A stretch of DNA of 11,106 nucleotides, taken from NCBI GenBank assembly GCA_043819555.1, contig JBDREQ010000049.1, positions 1 through 11,106 of the forward strand. Reading direction: 5' to 3'. This stretch comes from Candidatus Zixiibacteriota bacterium (lineage in GTDB: Bacteria; Zixibacteria; MSB-5A5; GN15; JAAZOE01). The translations under genes were made by a program, and so were the position numbers. Shown piece after piece: positions 1-7,458 of this stretch (the stretch's first letter is position 1; every line of letters starts with the position of its first letter). The notes beneath the pieces were generated by a model. That model saw only the letters and a program-made list of their open reading frames with translations, ran no database searches and was not told where the DNA came from.

Positions 1-3000
1 TCACTAAGGTCACAAATTCCGTCATTATCATCGTCCCGACACCCTACAATGGGCAGGCACGAAACGCCGGAATTGAAATAGGGCGTATTAGGAGTACCAA
101 CTTCATCTGCGAAGACAAGCCACCCTGCCGGCGGAATAAAAGCGCTGTCAAAACAGATGTTTTGGCCGCTCGGGCCGGCAACAAAATGAACGGAGATCAT
201 ATGCTCCAATGGACCGACAGCAATACCAGGGTTTACAGTAGTGATTATACCCCCGAGGAGTATCGAATCATTGGGGACGCCGTTCATATTTACCTCTTTT
301 GCGCTGAAAACATCAAAAACAGTCTCGTTCTCATCTTTATAAAGTCGGCTACCTTCAACAATCGTCGTATATCGATTTCCTGTTTGATAACCTTCCTGTC
401 CCCATCCATTAGGCTGGGAACTCCAGGTCCAGGTGGCGCCGTCGGTTGTATAAACTTCAAAGCCGAGAGTCAATCCAAAAACCTCAATTGAATTTTGCAA
501 CCAGATTCGGAATTCGTATTCGACTCCCTCCTCAAGTTCATCGACCGGGGCCTCGACCCCGGGCAGGCCGACATCAATATAAACCAGGCCTATATCCACG
601 GGTACGCAGGCATCATCCTTACCATCACTATTAGCATCGCCGAGACAGGAAGTACCGTCTCCATGGAAATCGTCAAGTGTCCGTTTACATTCACCATAAT
701 CAACTAGTCGGCACCCGCCATCATCATCACAGCAGGCTCCCAGCAAACCGGGCTCGCCGGTTATTACAAAGGCAAAGTCAAGAGATTGCGTGAAGTCCGT
801 AGGTTCGTACAATTCTACCCAACCGTCGGGAATGCTGAGCCAGACTGCATCATCAAGGAAGTGATCCTGAGACGATTTCCAACCCCACTGATAATTCTCG
901 TAGTCAACAACTTCAGCGGAGATAGCAATCCAGTATATAGTACCCTCTTCCTGCCAGAACCAATCTTCCTCGTTAAGAGTGATATCATAACGGAAATAAT
1001 CCTGATGATCGTCAGTTAGATATTCTTCTGTATCAGGGTCATACCATCCTTGAGATGTCGATGATTCTACTGGGACGATAGTAAATTCAGTTATCTGACG
1101 GTCCCATAACATATAATAATCCGGATGGCTATAAGGCTTATCTTGTCCGGCGGGAACATCGGGGTAAATATGTACATTAAAGCGTACAATCTGGCCTTCA
1201 ATACCATTTTTCCATGAACCCCAAAAATGAAGATCCTTGATCCATCCAGTTTCACCGCATTGCCAATCATCTGCCGCCAGCATAACCGCCGGAGCGGTGG
1301 CCAATACGTCCCAACCGGCTTCATCCGGCAATTGCGGGTAATGCATCTTGTGACCCTGCCAGCCTTCACATTCGTCAGCCTTACCATTGCCATTGTTATC
1401 GGCACAGGTTGTCCCTTCACCCATGAAATCGCCAACGTCAAGAGGGCACTCTTGCCATGTTAATACTTCGCAGGAGCCGTCCAGTTTACAGCAGGCACCC
1501 TCAACTCCACATGAGGTTCCTGGTCCCTGGGGTATGCCACCATTACTGATACAGACGAGCGGATCCATATCGCCGATACAATCACCTTCAAGAACACAGG
1601 CTTGAGGCGTGCTGCACTCTTCATCATACATTATTATACCCTCATGATCAATACAACAGAGAGTATCAATCATCATGCAATCTCCCCAGGGCATTAAGCA
1701 TGCGTGCGGTTCACCACATTCAGTACCGGGACCCATTGGCATTCCCTCTTCTGCCAGACAAGTCGTTTCTATAAGCATGGTACAGCTTCCGTCATCTTTA
1801 CAACAGGCCTGCAGTTCCTGTTCACAAACATCGTCCATTCCGTTTTGATTACCATCGCCCCAACATTCCGTCCCGGATCCCATGAATGTCTGATTAGAAC
1901 CTAGAGAGCATTCCTGCCATGTAAAATTAGCGCACGTTCCGTCATCATAACAGCAGGCTCCGGTATCTGAGCAGCTCGTACCGGTTCCCTGGGGGCTTCC
2001 GCCATAATACTCTATACAACACCTAGGATCCATATCGCCAAGGCATTCACCCCGTGGCATAATACATGCCTGTAACTCGCCGCCGCATGTACCGCCCATA
2101 GATACTCCGTCAGCATCAATACAGCACATTGGATCGAGCATTTCACAAGAACCGTCGGGCATACAGCAAGCTTGAGGCGTAGTGCATGATGTACCTACTC
2201 CCTGGAGTGCACCGTTCATCTGAATGCAATCACTTGGTATAACCGTCACACACGTGCCATCTGTTAAGCAACAGGCTTGTGGTGGCCGCGGGCAGTCAAT
2301 AGTGGGGTCATTACAGGTCTCCCCGAGGTCCTGTGGTGTGCCATTTCCGAACGCACATGTGACAAGATCCTCAGTGCATGTGCCGTTAGGCATGCAACAA
2401 ACTAAAGACGCAGTATCGACCGACGGATTTGACCCTGGGATACATGCCGCAGATGGGGGAATTTCCATTATTGCCCATCTGACGAGTTCAATAATATCGT
2501 ATCTATCTATACTTCCGTCACCATTTAAATCAGCAGTAGCAGGAATGGGTGGTGGATTACCGGTCCCATCAAGGTACGAATAAAGATATGACAAATCTGC
2601 TACGTCAACTTCGCCATCACCATCAACATCACCCGACATACAAGTATCTTCGGCTCCACCCTCACCGGTGATGACGAAAGACATGCTCAATCCATTTAAG
2701 GAATCCGGATCTGGATGGCGAAGCATCTCCCATATTCCGGAACCTGGGGCAATCTCGTATGCGGCTGTATCCTGATAATGAACCGTTGATGTTAGCCAAC
2801 CCCAGGCAGTATCTCCTTCGGCTACATGCGGTGTGATACTTAACCAGTAAATACTGCCCTGTTCCTGCACAAAAGGATTATCGGAATCATCGATACAGAT
2901 ATCGTACTGGTAATAATGCCATGCCCATGGCGGTCTATAACCATTTGGGAAGGTGGGGTCAAAATCACCCATATATGTATCGGAGTATTTGGGGGTGGAT

Positions 3001-3974
3001 TCGAAATCCGTTACTGTCATACCCCATAAGGAATCGCCCGGATGGCTATAAGGTCCATCCACTCCAGCTTGAACATCGCTGAAAATTTTAATATCAAAAC
3101 CCTGTAAATATGGTGGCGGCCAAACCCTCCAACCACCCCAGAAATGTATATCTTTGACCGGACCGGATTCAGAGCATTGCCAATCATCGGCTACCTTGTT
3201 ATAATCAGTGCTTACTACCAGCCAGCCCGTTGTATCCGGTAATTGAGGTTCGTGCATTTTATATTCATCACCTATATTCCAGTTACAACTTTGCGGAGCG
3301 CATTCAGAATTTGGCTCGCCAAATACAATAAATGATGGATAGCCTGCCACACTAAAGACATATTGCCAATCAGTAAATTCACCAGTAGGCGATTTATACC
3401 AGACCATTCCATCCGGAAGAGGAACGTCATCATTCTCTAAAATTGAAGGAACTGTCCCGGAATCTCCAGCAGTATATTCAATACCCATAAAAAATGGCCC
3501 ATCGACACACCATCCGTCGGGAAGGCCAACATAACCGTTATCTTGGTTAAATGTCGCTGTATCGGCGACGACAGCTTGTCAGAAAAGCTCAGTTCCTGGG
3601 CCGCCTGTTGAATCTCCCGTAAGCATGTCGTAGACAACAACATCAAAATACGCCGGCCAGTTATAACCGCCCGGATCATACAGCGCCAATGTAAAACCGG
3701 TTATTTCAAAATCTGGATATGGCGATGATTTGCATTCCGCAGGATCATAATATACAAACGCTCCTGCACCAGCCTCCCAATCGGAATTATAAAAATTCCA
3801 ATTCAGATCGCCTTGAAACATAGCACAATATCCGTCCTTATCAATTGTCGGCAGTTTTAGCGATCCTGGATTCATGATTTTAATTGCCTGTCGTTTTTCT
3901 TCGGCTTCCGCTAATTGCGCAACAGACAGTAGAAAAACACAAATCAGCATTACAGCATAGAATCTTTTAAACAT
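1..3974 (-). CDS. Large secreted Cys-rich, dockerin-containing multidomain protein (>1324 codons, 3' end outside window), interrupted by one in-frame TGA at 3579-3581 (nonsense allele, sequencing error or recoding)
   Basis: ATG at 3974-3972 follows GGGGAGG (SD, 3986-3980). The N-terminus MFKRFYAVMLICVFLLSVAQLAEA is a signal peptide with an AxA site. Manual translation past the TGA stays in frame (..GPGTELF*QAVVADTATF..DGPFFMGIEYT..) with no further stop to position 3, ending ..GCRDDDNDGICDLS. Domain-like motifs occur throughout. Confidence 0.85.
606..740 (-). repeat. Tenth, isolated Cys-rich repeat with an acidic Ca-binding-like tail
   Basis: GACCDDDGGCRLVDYYGECKRTLDDFHGDGTSCLGDANSDGKDDAC matches the units at 1362-2405. 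Confidence 0.85.
756..1352 (-). other. Copy 2 of the ~200-aa domain of unknown function
   Basis: HKMHYPQLPDEAGW..AADDWQCGETGWIKDLHFWGSW..FWQEEGTIYWIAI..WGWKSS..LDFAFVITG. Confidence 0.8.
1362..2405 (-). repeat. Nine tandem Cys-rich protein repeats (~34-50 aa; consensus (Q/G)ACCxxDGxC-x6-8-C-x4-G-xxxGxGTxC)
   Basis: Translated units include QACCLTDGTC.., QACCMPDGSC.., GACCYDDGTC.., QACCKDDGSC.. and GACCKLDGSC..; about 48 Cys in ~350 aa by manual count. Confidence 0.9.
2466..2633 (-). other. Dockerin type I-like (double EF-hand) Ca2+-binding module within the large secreted protein
   Basis: GDVDGDGEVDVADLSYLYSYL-(GTGNPPPIPATA)-DLNGDGSIDRYDIIELVRW: two DxD/NGDGxxDxxD loops, each followed by an amphipathic helix. 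Confidence 0.8.
2664..3263 (-). other. Copy 1 of a ~200-aa domain of unknown function within the large secreted protein
   Basis: YKMHEPQLPDTTGW..VADDWQCSESGPVKDIHFWGGW..FVQEQGSIYWLSI..WGWLTS..LSMSFVITG, clearly homologous to the copy at 756-1352. Confidence 0.8.
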
Positions 3975-4006
3975 CTTAGCCTCCCCAGAACAAGAAAAGG
4001 TTTTAT

Positions 4007-4036
4007 AGCCGGCGAGCACGAGCAAGCCCGCCGGCC
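4007..4036 (-). promoter_or_regulatory. GC-rich 11-bp hairpin in the 5' leader, ~20 nt upstream of the SD of the large secreted-protein gene
   Basis: On the - strand GGCCGGCGGGC-(TTGCTCGT)-GCTCGCCGGCT. Two G.U pairs work only on the - strand. Confidence 0.55.
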
Positions 4037-4119
4037 GAATAATATTCTCAAAAACCGATGCGGCTAAAGGTGATTGTCCGGGGCTGTGAACGACGAGATT
4101 TGGAGAGAAGCGTTTTGCC

Positions 4120-4147
4120 TTGACAAAGGCAAATTCGCCATTATTAT
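4120..4147 (+). promoter_or_regulatory. sigma70-like promoter with no downstream CDS, antisense to the large gene's leader
   Basis: TTGACA (4120-4125), 16-nt spacer, TATTAT (4142-4147). Confidence 0.5.
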
Positions 4148-4152
4148 TGCGA

Positions 4153-4324
4153 ACGGGAAGTCTCTCCGGTTGTAATGCCGTGAGAGCGCTTCTCGTCATA
4201 CCGGCTTTATGGGCCGAACTTCTCAGGAAAGCCCATAAAGTCGCGTAATTTCCAACAACCTCGCGCCTTTATATTACAAACCGCTTATAGTACTCTTTTT
4301 TCACCGGGAAGGAGACAGGGAGTA
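4153..4324 (+). ncRNA. Candidate structured non-coding RNA, family not recognised
   Basis: Begins ~6 nt after the -10 box. Three hairpins (4153-4196, 4202-4243, 4291-4324) each contain G.U pairs that are mismatches on the opposite strand. No credible ORF. Confidence 0.35.
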
Positions 4325-4503
4325 GCAGCCCACAACGACATGCGATAAAAACTATAATTTCAATTAACTATTTTAGCAGGTCTTTGTGAAAACCCTGTCA
4401 AGGCTGTATTACCTATATGGCGGCATACAATTGTCCCCAGTGCGTATAATCAATAGCCCCGCGCGTATTTATGATATATTCCAAGAGTTAACCGAAGTAA
4501 TAT

Positions 4504-4532
4504 ATACTAACACCTTAAGGCTATTATGTCAA
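4504..4532 (-). promoter_or_regulatory. sigma70-like promoter pointing toward the large secreted-protein gene
   Basis: TTGACA (4532-4527), 17-nt spacer ending in TGn (extended -10), TAGTAT (4509-4504). Confidence 0.6.
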
Positions 4533-4634
4533 GCAGAAATATCCTAAATCAGCCACCTGGGTAAGGGCCTGTGGTCTTGGTGGGGGGAATAAAAGCAGTT
4601 ATCCCCAAAGTAGATTGGTCCAACTATAAAAAAA

Positions 4635-4707
<73 letters not shown>

Positions 4708-4714
4708 ATCAAAA

Positions 4715-4786
4715 TGAGGGTGGAAGGGATCGAACCTTCGACCACCTGCTTAAAAGGCAGATGCTCTACCCCTGAGCTACACCCCC
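4715..4786 (-). tRNA. tRNA-Lys (anticodon TTT), CCA not encoded
   Basis: GGGGGTG-TA-GCTCAGGGGTAGAGC-A-TCTGC-CTTTTAA-GCAGG-TGGTC-GAAGG-TTCGATC-CCTTC-CACCCTC-A forms a complete cloverleaf of 72 nt. Confidence 0.97.
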
Positions 4787-4804
4787 GTATTTTTTATGGC
4801 TGTC

Positions 4805-4832
4805 AATATACCCTAAACCGCCTAAAAGTCAA
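4805..4832 (-). promoter_or_regulatory. sigma70 promoter of the tRNA-Lys pair
   Basis: TTGACT (4832-4827), 16-nt spacer, TATATT (4810-4805). An A-tract lies upstream (UP-element-like) and the tRNA 5' end is ~19 nt downstream. Confidence 0.6.
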
Positions 4833-4873
4833 ATTTTTTTTACTCCTCGAAATATGGAACGGTAAAGATTGGT

Positions 4874-4903
4874 TTGATTATTGAATTGTTTTAGCCGTAT
4901 ACT
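4874..4903 (+). promoter_or_regulatory. Possible sigma70 promoter for lon
   Basis: TTGATT (4874-4879), 18-nt spacer, TATACT (4898-4903). SD-like GAAAGGA at 4943-4949 precedes ATG 4959. Confidence 0.4.
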
Positions 4904-4958
4904 TGCTTTTTACCTATTATTTGCATATTAGTGATGCAGACTGAAAGGAAATTGATTT

Positions 4959-7358
4959 ATGCGCTATTTACACAATAATGAAAAACTTGAAATAAAGCCG
5001 CATCTACCGGTAATTCCTCTTCGGGATGTCGTGGTATTTCCATATATGATATATCCTCTCCTTATCGGCCGCCAGATGACCGTTAATGCCCTGCAGGAAG
5101 CGATGGTCCGAGATAAGCTCATATTTTTGATTGCCCAAAAAAGTCCGCTGGTGGACAATCCAACCAAAGGTGATCTATATTCGGTCGGGGTCGTTTCTCG
5201 CGTGCTGCAGGTAATGAAACTGCCTAATGGCACTATTAAAGTTCTCGTCGAGGGACTCCTGCGTGCCCGGTTGATGTCGCTGAAAAAAACAGGCGGATAC
5301 CAGACCGGCCGGATTCATGTCATCGAACCTGAAAGAAATATAGAAGATACCGAAACTGAGGCTCTCGCCCGCCGCGTGCTTGACCTGTTCAATGAATATG
5401 TTCATCTAAACCGCCGCATCCCCAATGAAGTCGTAGCGCAATTGGCCAATGTTTCCGATCATCGCCGTTTGGCTGACACAATTTCGGCGCAGTTGGTGCA
5501 GAAGAACAATCAAAAGCAGATTGTCCTCGAGTCAGAATCGATCAAGGAACAGCTTTATTCTCTCATAGATTTATTGACCTCCGAAATTGAAATCCTCAAA
5601 CTTGAACAACGCATCGACGGCACAGTCCGGGAATCATTGTCGCGTTCCCAGAGAGAATATTACCTCCAGCAGCAGATGAAAGCGATCAAAGAAGAACTCG
5701 GCCAATTCGACGACACTTCCAATGAAATCGATGATTTATATCTCAAGCTCGAAGAGCTTGCCCCCCCCGAGCCGGTTCGGGCTCGCGCCGAAGAAGAAAT
5801 CAAAAAACTCGCGCGCATGCACCCATATTCCGCCGAAGCGGGAGTCGTCCGGGGTTATCTTGATTGGATACTGCTTTTGCCATGGAATATTCGAACCAAA
5901 GACCGCACTAATTTCAAAAAGGTTCAGAAAATTCTCGATGACGACCATTACAGCTTAGAGAAGCCAAAAAAGCGCATCATGGAGCACCTGGCGGTATTGA
6001 AAATGGCCGGAAAAGTCCGCGGGCCTATCCTCTGTCTGGTCGGCCCTCCCGGAGTCGGCAAAACTTCGCTGGGCAAATCTGTGGCGCGCGCCCTCGACAG
6101 GAAATTCGTTCGCATGTCGCTCGGGGGCATACATGACGAAGCCGAAATCAGGGGACATCGCCGCACCTATATCGGCTCGCTTCCGGGACGGATCATTCAA
6201 TCGATGAAAAAGGCGGGCTCAGCCAATCCCGTATTTCTCCTCGATGAAGTCGATAAAATCGGCGCCGATTTCCGCGGCGACCCCGCCGCAGCGCTTCTTG
6301 AGGTGCTTGACCCTGAACAGAATATGACTTTTTCGGATAATTATCTGGAGCTCGATTTTGATCTGTCAGAAGTATTATTCATCACTACCGCCAATACCCT
6401 CCATGAAATCCCGATGCCGCTTCAGGATCGCATGGAAATCATTCGCCTGCCCGGGTATCTTGAATTTGAAAAAATCGGTATTGCCAAACAGTTTTTAATT
6501 CCCAAAATAAAAGAGCAGCTCTCTGTCAAACATCTTGATATTAAAATACCAAAAACGACTTTGATGTCGATAATTCAGGATTACACTCGCGAATCGGGCG
6601 TCCGCGAACTGGAGAGAAAACTGACCTCCATTTTTAGAAATATCACACTCAAAGAAGTTACCCGGAGAACACACCGCTCCTACAAACTCGAACCAAAAGA
6701 CGTTGTCAAATTAATCGGCCAGCCGCCTTATCAGTTTTCTGAAGTTCCCGAAAAAGCCGAACCCGGATACGCTATCGGCCTCGCCTGGACCGAAACCGGC
6801 GGTGAAGTTCTGCCGATTGAGGTAGCATTGATTCCCGGACAGCACAAACTGACAATGACCGGAAAGATGGGTGAAGTCATGCAGGAATCGGCCACCGCTT
6901 CATTGACTTACATTCGATCTAACGCCAACCGTTTCGGCATTGACGACAAAATCATTACCGACACTGAAATTCATATGCATATTCCGGAAGGAGCCATCCC
7001 CAAGGAAGGTCCATCGGCTGGAATTACAATGATCGCGGCGATGATTTCGGCTTTTACCGGAGTATCGGTTACAACCAAAATCGCGATGACCGGTGAAATT
7101 ACGTTAAGCGGCGATATTATCCCCGTCGGCGGATTAAATGAAAAATTACTGGCCGCCAAACGGGTCGGGATAAATGAAATTATTGTACCGTTCAAAAACG
7201 CCAAGGATATATCCGAATTACCAAAAGAATTGACCAATGGATTAAAACTGCACAAGGTCAAAAAGATTGATGAAGTCCTGAAAATAATTTTCGGCCCCAA
7301 ATTCATAAAATCGACAAGAAAAGCTCCAGCAAAGAAAAAGGAAAAGAAAAAAACCTGA
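4959..7358 (+). CDS. lon: ATP-dependent protease La (LonA, endopeptidase La)
   Basis: 799 aa. N-domain LPVIPLRDVVVFP, Walker A GPPGVGKT, IRGHRRTYIG, Walker B LLDEVDK, catalytic Ser in PKEGPSAG and Lys 43 residues later (GGLNEK). Confidence 0.98.
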   Translation: MRYLHNNEKLEIKPHLPVIPLRDVVVFPYMIYPLLIGRQMTVNALQEAMVRDKLIFLIAQKSPLVDNPTKGDLYSVGVVSRVLQVMKLPNGTIKVLVEGLLRARLMSLKKTGGYQTGRIHVIEPERNIEDTETEALARRVLDLFNEYVHLNRRIPNEVVAQLANVSDHRRLADTISAQLVQKNNQKQIVLESESIKEQLYSLIDLLTSEIEILKLEQRIDGTVRESLSRSQREYYLQQQMKAIKEELGQFDDTSNEIDDLYLKLEELAPPEPVRARAEEEIKKLARMHPYSAEAGVVRGYLDWILLLPWNIRTKDRTNFKKVQKILDDDHYSLEKPKKRIMEHLAVLKMAGKVRGPILCLVGPPGVGKTSLGKSVARALDRKFVRMSLGGIHDEAEIRGHRRTYIGSLPGRIIQSMKKAGSANPVFLLDEVDKIGADFRGDPAAALLEVLDPEQNMTFSDNYLELDFDLSEVLFITTANTLHEIPMPLQDRMEIIRLPGYLEFEKIGIAKQFLIPKIKEQLSVKHLDIKIPKTTLMSIIQDYTRESGVRELERKLTSIFRNITLKEVTRRTHRSYKLEPKDVVKLIGQPPYQFSEVPEKAEPGYAIGLAWTETGGEVLPIEVALIPGQHKLTMTGKMGEVMQESATASLTYIRSNANRFGIDDKIITDTEIHMHIPEGAIPKEGPSAGITMIAAMISAFTGVSVTTKIAMTGEITLSGDIIPVGGLNEKLLAAKRVGINEIIVPFKNAKDISELPKELTNGLKLHKVKKIDEVLKIIFGPKFIKSTRKAPAKKKEKKKT

Positions 7359-7386
7359 GAACGTCTGCAAAAGCCAAATAAAACGC

Positions 7387-7415
7387 TTGCTTCGCGGCCT
7401 TCCCGGTCATACCTT
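7387..7415 (+). promoter_or_regulatory. Possible internal promoter for engB-purA
   Basis: TTGCTT, 17-nt spacer, TACCTT in the 100-bp lon-engB gap. Confidence 0.3.
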
Positions 7416-7458
7416 TACCCTGCTTCAAAAGATGTAAATACCGGAGGTAACCGTTCCC

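Noticed and set aside
1362..2405. CRISPR array or multiheme cytochrome interpretation of the repeats
   Set aside because: The repeats are degenerate at DNA level and conserved at protein level, and there are no CxxCH heme-binding motifs.
162..2583. Numerous short + strand ORFs, plus the - strand ORFs 1091..1441 and 3437..3679
   Set aside because: They are antisense or off-frame shadows of the large - strand gene, with no recognisable motifs or SD.
3579..3581. Genome-wide alternative genetic code (UGA = Trp or Gly)
   Set aside because: lon terminates at TGA, Trp codons are TGG, and the other long genes contain no in-frame TGA.
3975..4199. 75-codon N-terminal extension of the ORF-track call 3579..4199
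   Set aside because: The ATG at 3974 has a strong SD and begins a typical signal peptide. The extension has no SD and overlaps the hairpin and promoter region.
4110..4200. c-di-GMP-I (GEMM) riboswitch suggested by GGCAAA on both strands
   Set aside because: There is no GNRA-capped P2 followed by GACGCAAA, and no tetraloop receptor. GGCAAA is explained by the palindrome.
4100..4330. Glycine riboswitch (GGAGAGA, GCCGAA, CTCAGG), cobalamin riboswitch (GGGAAG..CCGGT, GGGAAGG) or SRP RNA (GGAAGG..AGCAGCC) resemblances
   Set aside because: Only short words match. The spacing and core elements are wrong and no + strand gene follows. An Rfam scan would settle it.
4583..4607. GGGGAATAA/TTATCCCC hairpin as tRNA terminator, and TTATCCCCA as a DnaA box
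   Set aside because: No U-tract follows the stem on the - strand. A single mismatched DnaA-like 9-mer is expected by chance.
5761..5768. C8 homopolymer in lon as a phase-variation tract
   Set aside because: It is short, in frame (Ala-Pro-Pro) and inside a conserved housekeeping gene.
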